Shown here one piece after another: positions 11,145-23,845 of a DNA stretch of 64,000 bases. Position 1 is the first letter of the stretch, and each line of letters starts with the position of its first letter. The position numbers were made by a program, and so were the translations under genes. This DNA is from Chiloscyllium plagiosum (Eukaryota), in NCBI RefSeq assembly GCF_004010195.1, contig NC_057753.1, positions 9,634,622-9,698,621 on the forward strand, written 5' to 3'. The notes under the pieces are model-generated. The model searched no databases. It had not been told where the DNA came from and saw nothing but the letters and a program-made list of their open reading frames with translations.

Positions 11145-11370
11145 ACAAAGAGGGTGGTTCACATACAAAATGAACTTCCTGAGGAAGAAGTGGATGTGGA
11201 GACAATTTCAACGTTTAAAAGACATTTGGATGGGGAAGTGATTAAGAAAGGATTGTTGGGATATTGGCCAGGAGCAGGCAGGTGGGGACGAGTTAGTTTA
11301 GGATCAAATTCAGCATGGACTGGTTGGATTAAAGTGTCTGTCTTCATGCTATATAACTATGACTCTACAA
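11145..11370 (+). mobile_element. CR1 LINE 3' end
   Basis: FFTKRVVHIQNELPEEEV...TFKRHLD motif plus 3' UTR. Confidence 0.75.
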
Positions 11371-11639
11371 GTGTACAGCCAAGTAGCTAGTGATAATATG
11401 CCATCCTGGAAAATGCTAACCGTCTCCTGGCGAAGCCCATCCCCAAATTAACAACAAATTAGCCAAACAAATAAATTTACCAAGTTAAGGAAGCAAAGCC
11501 TGTCAATGTTCTCAACAGAGACCAAGTTAACCTTCCCAGAGTCTGCCCCCTCCCTGGTTTCATTTCCTTTCAGTTCATGAAACTGAGAAGTTTAACCCCA
11601 GAATGGAAAAGGAAATCAAAAAGGGGCCGAGAAAAGAGA

Positions 11640-12085
11640 GTGCCGTACTCACAGATGCTGAACAGAAGAAAGAAGTTGCAGTCTGAGATGAAGATCAATC
11701 TTCATTCGGAGTGAAGCAGCAGCAACTTCAGAAGCTCATGGTCCAACTTCCGCATTCAGACATGGGGGGGCCTCTGATTGACGGGAGGACCAGACTACTT
11801 CCGGTACTCAAGGGATTCTAATTGGCTCACGATGGTCTGGTCTGACACAATGGCGATTGGCCAATAGTAGACAAGGGGTTTGGAACGTGGGTTCGTCATC
11901 GGCCGGATCTGCAGAAAGTCCCTGCCCCTTGTGTTGGACGTCACAATGCGGAAGAAGGCCCGTCAGTTTCAGACTGAAAACCCCTCCCTCTGGGCATTAT
12001 TTCTCCCTTGCCATGGGGAGGGGTGGGAGTGTACAGGGAATGTGCACTTGTGGCAACTGGAGGCGGAGAGTGTGAGTCTAAGGGA
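11640..12085 (-). promoter_or_regulatory. ZNF promoter and exon 1 module, copy 2 (probable promoter of the 9-finger gene)
   Basis: Donor actcac at 11647-11652, ETS acttccggt at ~11797, several ATTGG/CCAAT boxes and a CRE-like ggacgtca at ~11937. Locally CpG-rich. Confidence 0.72.
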
Positions 12086-12329
12086 AGGTGTTTCAGATTC
12101 TCTCTCTCTGTGAAGGCTTTATGATCCTCATGGCATTTCGAAGGACTAGAACGTGAGATGGTACAGAGATCTGTCTAGTGTAATTAAATGGTTAAACATT
12201 CAACGTGGTATTTGTGGTTCTGTAAGATGCGATTGTAATTATTTGTTGTAAAATTATGTTGTAGCTATGTCATATACTTCCAATTATGCTGTTATTGAAG
12301 GGGCTGGTAAGTGGGCATTGGACAGAGTT

Positions 12330-12505
12330 TCATAGAGATGTCCCTCGGTCTAACTTGTTCATGCTGATCAGTTTTCTGGATAGATTGTGTCCCATTTCCC
12401 AGCACTTGACACATATCCCTCTAAATCCTTCCTAATTCTTACACCCATCCAGATGTCTTTTAAATGTAATTGTACCAGCCTCCACTGCTTCCTCTGGCAG
12501 ATCAT
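12330..12505 (-). mobile_element. CR1 LINE 3' end
   Basis: NDLPEEAVEAGTITFKRHLDG on the minus strand. Confidence 0.75.
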
Positions 12506-12509
12506 TCCG

Positions 12510-12900
12510 TGCGTATGTAGAGAGTTCAGTCATCGGTCTAACAATGGCAGGGAAGAAGCTCTTTCTGAACCTGTTGGTGCGTGATTCAAGATGCTGTATC
12601 TTCTGCCTGACCAAAGAGGTTGTAAAAGAGCATTACCAGGGTAGGAGGGCACTTTGATTTTGTTGGCAGCCTTTCCGCAACAATGAGAAGTGCAGATGGA
12701 GATTGTGCATGATAGGTTGGCTTCCGTGATGGTCTGAGCTGTGCATAAAACCTTCTGTAGTTTCTTCCGGTCCTGGGCAGAGCATTTGCCACACCAGGTT
12801 GTTACGCACCCAGATCGAACACTTTCTATGGCGCATCCGTAAAGGTTGTTATGAACATGCCTCCTGAAGGAAAGAGGTGTTGTTGAGCTTTCTTGACTGA
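12510..12900 (-). mobile_element. Rex1/Babar-clade LINE 3' fragment
   Basis: YGCAIESVRSGCVTTWCGKCSAQDRKKLQKV and TNRFRKSFFPAIVR resemble the Rex1 RT C-terminus. Confidence 0.75.
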
Positions 12901-13769
12901 GATTGCCCCCATCATTATTCCAGATGGTGAGAACACAAACAACCCCCTGTGGAGTTTTCTTTGCTGGCAGAAAGCAGTTTATGTTCAGCAGCAGCTCAGT
13001 CACTTGGGCATTAGGTGCTGTGAGACTAAAAGTACAGAGGACCATGAGGAACCAGGGTGTTTCCAACCAACATTCAAACTAATCAGTCTAAACCTTTGAA
13101 GTTTCCAAGTTCACTTAGCCAAAAGCTAATGGAGGCATCCTGATGAAATGACCAGGAATACTTGGAATCCTGAAAAGGATTCAAGTGAATCCTAGAGAGA
13201 TGTTGCATGCCTTGGAGTATTCCTAGGAAGTGAATGAAATATCAAGATTCATATAAAGATTTGTGGGAACTCCTGCAGGGCAGTAAAGAAAATTTAATTT
13301 ACATTTAAGGCCATACATGCTATTCTGCTAAGTTACTCCGATTAATTGGTCATTTTTCTTTGTTTAAAAATGTGAAATGTTAAGGAACAGTTTTTCTCGT
13401 TAATCACTGGATATTCAAATTTCTCTTCAGAATTAAAGGTCATATCAAAACTGAGTCTCATTGTGGGATTTTTAATCTGTAGTGTGTGCTTGGTAAAGTT
13501 TTAACGAACAATATTTCATAGTGAATTTTATCATGTTAAGTACTGAGACTTTCTGGAGAGGAAAGATTTGCCCTTGTGTGTTTTGCAACACTTAATCAAG
13601 GTCTGTTCAATAGAATAAGCAGAGAGGTTGACGCTAGACTTGAGAGCTGCAGGCAGGAGCACAGCAATTAGGGTTAGAAGGTTAGCCAAAAATATAAAAC
13701 CGGTTGGAAACTTGCGTCAGCTTTTTAAAAATACATTAACAAAATAAGTGTTGGCTTTGTGGAAAATGA

Positions 13770-14262
13770 GCATTCAGTAACAGAGGATAAAGAGGTAGCA
13801 GATGTATTGAAAAGAGCTTGAATCTGTCTTCACTGGAGAGGATACAAGTAACATCCTAGAACTAGCTGTAAATCAGGAATTGAAAGGGAAGGAGGAACTG
13901 AAGAAAATGACAATTACCAGGGAAGTAGTACTGAGTAAACTATCGGAACTGCGAGTTGCCAAGTCCCAGATTTTATCCTAGACGCTTAAAGAAAAACTAG
14001 CTAGTGAAACAGTTAATGCATTGGTTTTAATTTTCCAAACCCCATTAGATTCAGGGAAGGTATCTTTAGATTGGTAGACACCTTTCTTCAAAAAGGGAGA
14101 TGCAGAACAGGAAACTGCAGACCTTTTTACTTAACATATGTCAGGGGGAAAATGTTACAAACTATTATTAAAGATGTTATGGCAGGGCACTTGTATAAGT
14201 TCAAAGTAATCAGGCAGCGTGAATGTGTTTTAGTCAATTGGAAATAATGTGTAATTTTTTTG
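13770..14262 (+). mobile_element. CR1 ORF2 internal fragment
   Basis: Degenerate pre-RT region (SVFTGED, KSP, LVLIFQ, PFFKKG). Confidence 0.65.
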
Positions 14263-14470
14263 AAGGACGGCCTCTCCCCAACTGCGACTGAGCTGGTGAA
14301 TCTCCAGTGCCGACAGGGAATGGAATCTCTTCCCTCAGTCCCCACATTCCCACAGCTTCTCCACAGTTCTGGTGTTCCTTTGGCTCTCTGTTTTTGATGA
14401 ACAATTGAAACTGTGACCACACTCAGGAAACGTGTACAGTCACTCCCTGCTGTGAACAGTGTAATGTTTC
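14263..14470 (-). pseudogene. Truncated ZNF pseudogene
   Basis: VEKLWECGD*GKRFHSLSALEIHQ: the start is lost, there is an in-frame stop, and it is cut off by a LINE after one finger. Confidence 0.8.
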
Positions 14471-14473
14471 TTC

Positions 14474-15990
14474 AGTCTGTGTAACTGGTAAAAGCTCCTT
14501 CCCATAGTAAGCTCACTGGGACTCTCTCTATTTAACTTTCTCTCTCAGTCTCAAAGAATGTGCAACTGGTTAAAACACATCCTACACTCAGCTCACTGGG
14601 ACACATTGTCTCAGTCTGTGCAATGGGTTAAATCTCTTCCCATAGTCAGCTCAGTGGACCACACACTCTCTCTGTTTGTGTAACTGGTGAAAGCTCTTCC
14701 ACAGTGAGCTAACATGGAACAAAGTTTCTCGCTCAGACTGTGTAACTGGGTAAAGCTCTTCTAACAGTCAGTTCACTGTGTAATGTTAAAAGATTAAATG
14801 GGAACATCCTTCTGGATATGAATGTAATATTAAAAGGTTAAACTAACTGAGTGAACATTCTGGAAGTGGGTGGGGATGACAGTTATGCAGGAATGCGAAT
14901 GCCTCCCACTCCATTTAGACAGTCATTTGCTACTACTCCCCTACTATTTTCAAATTAAACTATCATTCACTCTCGTCCAAAGATACTTCCATAGCCATCC
15001 TCTGAAGCTAGGTATATCACACCTACAATGTCTTGAGGAAATCACTTGCATTATCTGCGAGAATGATCTCACCCTTCCACTGGACTAACTTGTGACTGTG
15101 AGTGACTGGGTGGTCTTAGTGGTGTGGAGGCATGGCCAGAGTATCTGTGAGCATGACCAGCTGACCTATATAAAGGGGATGTGCTTTCTTTGTTCAGGGC
15201 CTCACTTTGACTCGATTTCACATGCTGGCATGGCGGGGTCACCCAGCTTGTACAGGTGTTAATAAACTTTAACTGTTTGGAGAAGTTAGTGTGTGCAAAT
15301 TGCATCTCGTGTGTGAAACCTCGGGAAAAGAGCCCAACACTGGAACACACTCTCTCTGTCTGTGTAACTGGTTAAAGCTCATCCCACAGTCAGCTCACTG
15401 GGACACACTGTCTCTCAAGTCTGTGTAACTGGTGAAAGCTCTTCCACAGTGAGCTCACTAGGACAAACTCTCTTTTACTCAGACTGTGTAACTGGTTAAA
15501 ACTCTTCCCACAGTCAACTTCCTGGGATACAGTCTCTCTCTCTCTCTCTCTCTCTGTCGATGTGACTGGTTAAAGCTCATCCCACAGTCAGCTCTCGGGG
15601 ATAGAGGCTCTCTCTGCCTGTGTAACTGGGTAAAGCACTTCCCACAGTCAGCTCTCTCTCAGTCTAACTAACTGGTTAAAGCTCTTCCCACAGTTAACTC
15701 ACTAAGACACCCTGTCTCTCAGTCTAAGTGCGTAAAGCTTTTCCCCATAATCAGTTCACTGGGACACTCACTTTCCCAGACTGGGTAACCAGTTAAAACA
15801 CTTCCCGCAGTCAACTCATGATGAAACACTCTCTCTGTGTAACCGTGTAAAGCTCTTCTCACGATCAGCTCACTGGGACACTCGCTCTCACTCAATCTGT
15901 GTAACTGATTAAAGCTCTTCCCACAGTCAGCTCACTGGAACAGTCTCTCCCTCAGTCTGTGTAATTGGTTAAAGTTCAGTTCACTGGTGT
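14474..15990. repeat. Minisatellite of ~16 units (~55-60 bp) derived from a half zinc finger
   Basis: Unit tctgtgtaactggttaaagctcttcccacagtcagctcactgggacac(tc)n. The minus strand reads Q*ADCGKSFNQLH. Five units lie left and about eleven right of an LTR insertion. Confidence 0.88.
14779..15339 (+). mobile_element. Solo LTR inserted in the minisatellite
   Basis: TG(taatg)...(ccaa)CA ends, TATA at ~15167, AATAAA at 15261. It splits a repeat unit with a short (a)ctg duplication. Confidence 0.8.
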
Positions 15991-16389
15991 GTTCCTGTCT
16001 GAGTGCTTTTCTGGTCACATTGATGCCCAGTATCTTTTGAAGCAGGTAGAATGGATTTGTCCTTCCAGATTCAAACATCCAATGATATTGATTGGTCTTG
16101 TTATGGCATTTCTTCCAAAATTTATGTCTGCAGATCCTCCCCTTCTCATACCTTGTAAACAAAGTTGAAACAAGTCATCATTGTCTGTACTGAATAGAAA
16201 TTCTATTACATTATATTTGTCTTTTGTTTATAGTATTAAACCAGTAATGTACAACCTGTATTATTTACTTAAAACACACAGGAGATGTGATGAAGGTTGT
16301 GTCAGGACCTGAAACTCTCTGAACCCTAACAGGGTGTTGCAAATTGAAGTGAAAGATTTGAAAATGAAGTGGATGATCATTGAGTTATA

Positions 16390-16825
16390 CACCATAGAAA
16401 CAGACCCTTCAGTCCAACTTGTCTGTGCTGACCAGATATCCTAAATTAATCTTGTCACATTTTCCAGCATTTGGCCCGTATCTCTCCAAACTCTTCCTAT
16501 TCATGTAGCCATTCCAGACGCCTTTTAAATGTTGTAATTGTAGCAGCCTCCACCAATTCCCCTCGCAGCTTATTCCACACATGCACCACTCTCTGCGTGA
16601 AAAAGTTATTCCTGAGGTCCCTTTTAAATCTTTGCCCCTTCTCACCCTAAACCTATGCCCTCCAGTTTTGGACACCCACACCCCAGGGACACCTTGTCTA
16701 TTTACCCTGTTCGTGCCCTTCATGATTTGATCAACCCATCAGCCTCCGATGCTCCAGGGAAATAGCCTCAGTCTATTCATCCTCTTCCTATAGCTCAAAC
16801 CCTCCAACCCCGATAGCATCCTTAA
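16390..16825 (-). mobile_element. CR1 LINE 3' end
   Basis: SKTGGHRFRVR motif and 3' UTR. Confidence 0.8.
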
Positions 16826-16954
16826 AACAGAGAGACACGGACCTACCTATCCAGAGTTTGTCCCCTCCCTGGATTCACTTACGTTCCTGCAAATCCACAG
16901 TTTAATTCCAGAACGTGAGAAGAAATGGAAAGGGAGAAAGTAAAGAAAAGAGAG

Positions 16955-17340
16955 TATAGTGCACACAGATATTGAACAGAAGAAGGAAGTTGCAGTCTGA
17001 AGTGAAGCTCAATCTTCCTTCAGAGAGAGGAGCAAGTTTCAGAAGCTCATCGTCTAACTTCCGCATTCAGACAAGAGGCGGACTGTGATTGGCAGAAGGG
17101 CCAGGCTGCTTCCAGTCCTCCAAGGCTTCCGATTGGTCAATCCGCATCAGTCGATCCGGGGACTCTCGCCCTCAATTGTTGACGTCACAACGCGGAAGCA
17201 GCCCAATTCTCATTTCAAGGTGAAACTCTCTCTCTGGGCAACGTCTGGGAGCAAAGCAATGTCTCCCCTTTCCATTCCTCAACCTGGAAGGAAGAGAGAG
17301 GAGGGGAAACATTGTTCACTTATAGTAAGTGGAGGTCGGG
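16955..17340. promoter_or_regulatory. ZNF promoter module, copy 3, apparently bidirectional
   Basis: Minus-strand exon 1 homolog, gattgg boxes, perfect CRE tgacgtca at 17180-17187, gcggaag, and a plus-strand donor gtaagt at ~17325. Confidence 0.62.
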
Positions 17341-17859
17341 GTTGTGAATCCTGGGAGCAAGCGGACTCTGCCAAGGTTAGTTTCAGCTTCTGGCTCTATT
17401 GTTAAAAATGTTGAGATTCAGTGTGACCGAAAAGAACTGAAAATCACGATAGGACAAAAAAATGCTTCCTGCCATTTATTTCGTGGAAGACTGGATGTAT
17501 TTTCCAGTAACAGAGTCTGTAGGACACAGCAGGATTCTAAAAAGATGGATTCTTTCCCCACATACACACTTGAAGTGGGATCTTTCCCAGAAGAAGACTG
17601 CTATTTAAGAGAACCGTTTGTTAACACAAGACAGGGATTAGTGTAGGTTATGTGCTGCATACTGTATTTGGTGTTGTATTTATGGTTCCAGAAGCTTTAT
17701 TTGTAATTACTTCTGACTTTGTAATATCCTACAGTAGATACATTTTATATAATCTTCAGTAAGAGAGTTAATACTGCACAAAAGATGACTTTAAGCATTG
17801 GCCCCATTAGCCTTGGGGATTGAGAGGAACAAATGATCCACAGAAACTCTAATTGTGTG

Positions 17860-18125
17860 TTCTGAATTTATATCGTGGACTGGCAGTGACAACATCTTCA
17901 AACCTCTTTTGCAGGATAACAGAAAAGAAGAATTTGGAAGCAGAAATCTCAAACTAAACTTCACGTCAGTGTCTGGTAGTTAGTTGATTCACCCAAGATG
18001 TCAATATCGACGGCTTTGAAAACAAGGAGGGGAAACGAGGTCTGTCTCCTTCGCTCGTTTTGAAATCTGTGTGATTGGAAAAATCACCAAATGTCTCTCA
18101 CTGAGTGAGAGTATCCCAGTGGGCA
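17860..18125 (+). pseudogene. 5' remnant of a divergently oriented ZNF exon (no fingers left)
   Basis: Reverse-complement similarity to 10750-11000. Acceptor ttttgcag at ~17914. Ends at gagagtatcccagtg, where the first degenerate finger would begin. Confidence 0.5.
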
Positions 18126-18521
18126 GTCGTTCTCTCCCTCCCCCTCTCCGGGACAGCCGGGGGGATGAGTCTTAAAATAGTGTGTGCGTGTGCACAGACA
18201 CACTACTTTTTACCTGTACAGGACAATGTTAGAGAGATTATCTGGAGAAGGGAAGTTTAGGGTATATCCCTGTATAGAACTCTGGGGGAAGTGTGGGGAG
18301 AGAGGGCAGGTGGTCGGTCATTTGGAGACTGTGCCTGGGCTCCTTTTGATGTCCAGGACTGTTCTCGACAGCATTTCAGTAAGCCGAGTGCACTTTTAAT
18401 CAATGTTAAAACATCTCTATGTTTCTATCGGGACCGTGATCTTCTTTTGGATAATCCGAAATTCAGCTTATTGATATTCAGATAGTCGAGGTTCCTCTGT
18501 ACTCTACCCAACTTCACAACA

Positions 18522-18828
18522 CACGGTGGCGCAGTGGTTAGCACTGCTGCCTCACAGCGCCAGAGACCTGGGTTCAATTCCCACCTCAGGCGACTATCTG
18601 TGTGGAGTTTGCACATTCTCTCCGTGCCTGCATGGGTTTCCTCCAAACAGTCCAAAAATGTGCAGGTTAGATAAATTGGCCGTGCTAAATTGCCCGTAGT
18701 GTTAGGTGAAGGGGTAAATGTAGGGGAATGGGTCTGGGTGGGTTGCGCTTCGGTGGGTCGGTGTGAACTTGTTGGGCCGAAGAGCCTGTTTCCACACTGT
18801 AAGTAATTAATTTCTAATCTAATCTAAC
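18522..18828 (+). mobile_element. HE1-like SINE
   Basis: A box tggcgcagtgg, B box ggttcaattcc, (taatc)n tail. Confidence 0.9.
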
Positions 18829-19083
18829 ATCACATCTGGAAGATGAATGCTTCACATCTGCCTTTAAATTAAGGAAGAGATAAGTTTAGACTACTTTCTC
18901 AAAGTCTTTTGAAGGGGGGGTGGGCATGGGTCTGGTCTGGTCCATAACAACTGTCACTAACTTGTTACCCACTGCCATCAGCGTATAGTACCCAGTGGCT
19001 GCCAATTATGGCCACAGTGATGTGCTTTCTTGGCTCAAACACCACAGAGTAGGATATGGTCTGAATGCTTCTCTGTTACATAC

Positions 19084-19687
19084 CGTTAAGGACCAGGCCA
19101 GACCCCCTCAAAACATTTGAAGAATGTAGGCCAAACCCTAACTTTAAAAATTTTTTTTAAACATTTGTGAAGTGGCTATTCCAGGACTGGTGCAGCTGGT
19201 CAAACCACTTAGACAAAACAATTTATTTACACACTGCAGATGAAACACAAACAAAAGAAAACCAAATTGAGAATATCTTGTATGAAAACTCAACTGACTA
19301 TTGCAACTTAATAAAGCTGTTCCAATTCTGCAATATCCTGTGAACGCACCCCATGGCGAAAGGTAAATTTGAACACAGGTTCTTACAGGCAGGAGAGATT
19401 TCAGAGAGTGGAGTCAGGCAAGAAAACCTCTATTAAAGCAAGTTTCATTGTAGCTGCTTCTCTAGGACCCCTGCTAAAACTAAACCAAACTGGGAAAACA
19501 AAACTGAGCTGGGAGAACGATCTGCTCCCCTTTCATTGTTCAACTGTGTTTTTAAAAAAAAACCCTAAAGGCTTCCTCTATTGACTCAGGCAGTGTCTGT
19601 TAACCATTTTGACACCACTGCTTTTAAAACCCCTCTTGAAAATAACCAGGGACAATATAACCTTGTTAAAGGGGCAGGATCGTCCCG
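19084..19687. mobile_element. Solo LTR
   Basis: Flanked by the 4-bp direct repeat atac (19080-19083, 19688-19691). Ends read cg...cg, read as decayed TG...CA. A related end occurs inverted at ~18870-18949. Confidence 0.5.
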
Positions 19688-20711
19688 ATACCATGTGGTT
19701 TGGGTTCTTGTGGAGGCAGATGTCTTGACATTTATTAACAACACTCATTATGTACACCGTTACATGACCTCAGGCTGAGACACTACCATACATCAGGAGC
19801 ATCTCGGAACTGACAGCCAGACTACTGCGACTCCTAGGACTCATAACGGCACACAAACCAACAGCCACGCTCAGAAAAACAACTCACCAGAACGAAGGAC
19901 CCGATACCCAACATGAGCAAAACGAATGTAGTGTACAAAATCCCATGCAAGGACTGCACAAAACGCTATATAGGACAAACAGGAAGACAGCTAACAATCC
20001 GCATACATGAACATCAACTAGCCACGAAACGACGCGACCAGCTATCCTTAGTAGCCACACACGCAGACAACAAGCAACATGAATTCGACTGGGACAACAC
20101 TACTATCATAGGGCAAGCCAGACAGAGAACAGCCAGGGAATTCCTACAGGCATGGCATTCATCCACAAACTCCATCAACAAACACATCGACCTCGACCCA
20201 ATATACCAACCACTACAGCGGACAGCTGAAACTGACAACCGGAAACGGCAGGGACAGACCACTATAAACACCGGAGGAAACACCAAAGAAGCGCTTCGCA
20301 GGAGGCTCCCAAGCACTGATGATGTCGCCTAGCCAAGGGACGAAACAAGAAAACCTCTATTAAAGCAAGTTTCATTGTAGCTGCTTCTCTAGGACCCCTG
20401 CTAAAACTAAACCAAACTGGGAAAACAAAACTGAGCTGGGAGAACGATCTGCTCCCCTTTCATTGTTCAACTGTGTTTTTAAAAAAAAACCCTAAAGGCT
20501 TCCTCTGTTGACTCAGGCAGTGTCTGTTAACCATTTTGACACCACTGCTTTTAAAACCCCTCTTGAAAATAACCAGGGACAATATAACCTTGTTAAAGGG
20601 GCAGGATCGTCCCGATACCATGTGGTCTGGGTTCTTGTGGAGGCAGATGTCTTGACATTTATTAACAACACTCATTATGTACACCGTTACATGATCTCAG
20701 GCTGGGACACT
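19419..20711 (+). repeat. 366-bp direct repeats (19419-19784 and 20346-20711) flanking the Penelope fragment
   Basis: Copies are identical apart from about four substitutions seen by eye. Confidence 0.93.
19785..20345 (+). mobile_element. Penelope-like family 3 fragment with GIY-YIG endonuclease domain
   Basis: ORF 19913-20332 (NVVYKIPCKDCTKRYIGQTGRQLTIRIHEH) followed by the hammerhead core ctgatga...gaaac (20316-20346), truncated there. Confidence 0.9.
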
Positions 20712-21199
20712 GTGCTTATTGATGCATCACATAACTAGAACACAACATGTGGCTGAGTGACCACATATCTCACTGACTACTGAGATGAGGGAATGGCCTT
20801 TGTTGTGGAATGCCACATTGTGAGGTGATCCAACTGCCCGAAATATGCAAGGTCTTTCTGCAATCCATGCAAAGCTACAAGAGACTTCATCCTCTCATCT
20901 TCAAAAAGGAAAGTGCCGGAACTTCATTTTTAATCTTCCAACATGTCCTAGGTTCTGAAACAGCCACAGCAGACTGCAGGATATTCCTCTCTTCATGGAA
21001 GTAGGGATACAAAAGGCAGGAATGGAGAGGCTGCTTGGTTTAACATCAGTCAAAGGGAGAAATCTGCAGTCAGTTATTAAGGAAGATAAATTGTGACATT
21101 TATAAAATCTTGTTGCAATCGGGCAGAGTCGACAAAGGTTTATGAAATTGACTCATCATTGGGAGATCTATTTTAAGAAAATAACAAGCAATGTGGATC

Positions 21200-21735
21200 A
21201 TTCAATTTTATTTTCTTTACTTTATTATTGTCACATGTACCTAAGTACAGTGAAAGGTTTTGTGTGCAGTATAGGCAGATTATACCACACAAGGTTCATC
21301 AGAGTAACAGAACTGAGTGAGAATACAATGTAACGGCTGCAGAGAAGGTGCAGAAAGACTGACATCGTCATTAAATTTGAAGTGTCCATTCAGCGGTCTA
21401 GTAACAGCAGGGAAGAAGCTGTTCTTGAATCTGTTGGTCAATCAATTTAAGCTTCTGTGTCTTTTGCCAAACGGAAGAGATTAAAACCGGGTGGGAGGCA
21501 TCTTTGATGTTGGCTGCCTTGCTGAGGCAGCAGGAAGTACACATGGAATCAATGGTTGGAAGGTTGGCTTGTGTGATGGACTGGGCTGTGTTGGCAACGG
21601 TCTGTAGTTTCTTATGATCCTGGGCACAGCAGTTGCCGTACCAAGCCACGATGCATCCAGAAAGAATGCTTCCAACGGTGCATGTATAAAAATTGGTAAG
21701 TTTTTACAGATATGCAGAATTGCCTTAGCCTCCTG
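21200..21735 (-). mobile_element. Rex1-clade LINE 3' fragment
   Basis: AWYGNCCAQDHKKLQTVANTAQSIT. Confidence 0.78.
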
Positions 21736-22207
21736 ATATCGTTTAAGTGAGTGCACAAAAGTCTGGCAGTTGAAGTAAAATGTTTATAAATATGAAGTCA
21801 TCCATTTTTGTTGGAATAACAGTAAAAAGGATTATTACTTGAATGGTAAAAGTAATTGCAACATGCTGCTGTGCAGAGGGACCTGGGTGTGCTTGTGCAT
21901 GAATCACAGAAGGTTAGTCTGCAGGCGCGAAAGGTAATTAAGGCAAATGGAATTTTGCCCTTCATTGCTAAAGGGATTGAGTTTAAAAGCAGGGAGGTTA
22001 TGTTGCAGCTGTACAGGGTACTGGTGAGACCACACTTGGAGTACTATGCGCAGTTTTAGTCTCCTTATTTAAGAAAGGATGTACTGGCACTAGAGTGGGT
22101 GCACAAGAAGTTCAATAAGTTGATTCCAGAGGTGAGGAGATTGATTTATGAGGAGAGACTGAGTAGACTGCGATTATGTTAATTGGTATTTAGAAGAATG
22201 AGGTGGG

Positions 22208-22503
22208 ATTAGTTAGATTACCTACAGTGTTGAAACAGGCCCTTTGGCCCAACAAGTCCACACCGACCCTCCGAAGAGCAACCCATCCAGACCCATTCTC
22301 CTAACTAATACACCTAACACTACGGGCAATTTAGTCTGGCCAATTCACCTAACCTGCACTTCTTTGGACTGTGGGAGGAAACCGACACAGACACTGGGAG
22401 AATGTGCAAACTTCACACAGGCAGTTGCCCGAGGTGGGAATTGAACCCAGGTCCCTGGCGCTGTGAGGCAGCAGTGCTAACCACTGAGCCACCATGCCAC
22501 CCC
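22208..22503 (-). mobile_element. HE1-like SINE
   Basis: tRNA-like head, core and tagat tail. Confidence 0.85.
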
Positions 22504-23569
22504 TCTTATAGAAACATATAAAATGATGAAAGAAGTAGCTGAGACAGACCTAGAGAGGATGTTTCCACTGGCCGCTCATTTAAGAGAGGAGAGTTATGTT
22601 TTTCTCTGAAGGCTTCCTGAGTTTTTAAAATTCACTTCAGGGACCTGAGTTTAATTCCACCCTTAGATGACTGCCTGGGTTGAGTTTGCACATTCTCCCC
22701 TGGTGTCTGTTTGGATCTCCTCCAGGTGCTCCAGCTTCCTCCTTCCAGGACAGGGACAGCGTGGGATTACAATCGGAATAACGCTACCTCTACTTTTAAA
22801 TTGAAAGTGAAGCTACCTCGACACTGTCCCAAACAAATACTGCCAAGACAGGCACAGCATTGGCTTGGATACAGAGTAAACTCCCTCTACGCTCTCCCAT
22901 TCAAAACACTCCTAGGACAATGACAGCAGAGGATTAAATAAACAGTAGAGCTTCTTCCATTCTGACTGACACTTGGTATGTTCTACACCAATCCTCACGG
23001 ATAATTCAGAAGTGAGACTATTATCTGGCACTGAATTCACACTTCCTAATGGGAATGACAGGTCGTGAAAATCATCTAGTGAAACATAGATAAAACACAC
23101 ACAATGCACAACAGAACCAGAATTTTATTGGGATCAAAGACTTTTAAATAAGAGAAGACACGGTCCTTGTAACAATCCGAATGTGAGCTGGACAATTTTC
23201 TCACTCTCATCAGTTTCTCTGCGGATACAGAGTCCACCTCACTGCTGTCCGGTCAGTTCATCTGCTCTCATTCAGAGTGAGTTGTAGCTGACCACATGGT
23301 GGCCTAGGGTCAAGAGGTTAGAGGGGAAAGGTCAACTTGGATTGAGGGCATGTGTCATGCTACTGAGGTCGGGTGTTGCTGATTTACTCAACTTATAATA
23401 ATCAGGGACAAGGGGATGTCAGGCTGGGCTTGTATCAGTTCAAGCTTAGAAGAACCAGATGATCTGATGGAGGTGTATGACATCCGCAGAAGACTTAATG
23501 TGAATGTAATGTCCACTCATTTCTAACCAGACACTAGCCTCTCATTTAAGATAAGAGAGTTTTGTTTTG

Positions 23570-23845
23570 GGGTAGTGGTACAGTGGTTAGCACTGCTGCC
23601 TCATGGCATCAGTGACCCCGGTGTGATTCTACCCTCGGGCCGACTGTGTGGAGCTTGCACATTCTCCCCCTGTGTGGGTTTTCTCTGGTGCTCTGGCTTC
23701 CTCCCACAAGATGTGCAGGTGGGGGTGGATTGGCCATGGGAAATGCACAGTTACAGGGATAGGATAGCAGAGTGGGTCTGGGTGGGACAGTCAGTGCTGA
23801 TTCGATGGGCTGAATGGCCTGCTTGCACACTGTAGGGATTCTAGA
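23570..23845 (+). mobile_element. HE1-like SINE, diverged (paralogous copy at 29148-29395)
   Basis: tggtacagtggttagcactgctgcc head and core. Confidence 0.8.

Larger units (their letters stand above)
21040..22620 (+). mobile_element. CR1 LINE RT fragments interrupted by a Rex1 element and a SINE
   Basis: QRDLGVLVHES...LYRVLVRPHLEYYAQF (21856-22059). Confidence 0.8.

Noticed and set aside
14474..15990. CRISPR-like array
   Set aside because: Units are contiguous degenerate repeats with only (TC)n between them. There are no unique spacers or cas genes, and the context is vertebrate.
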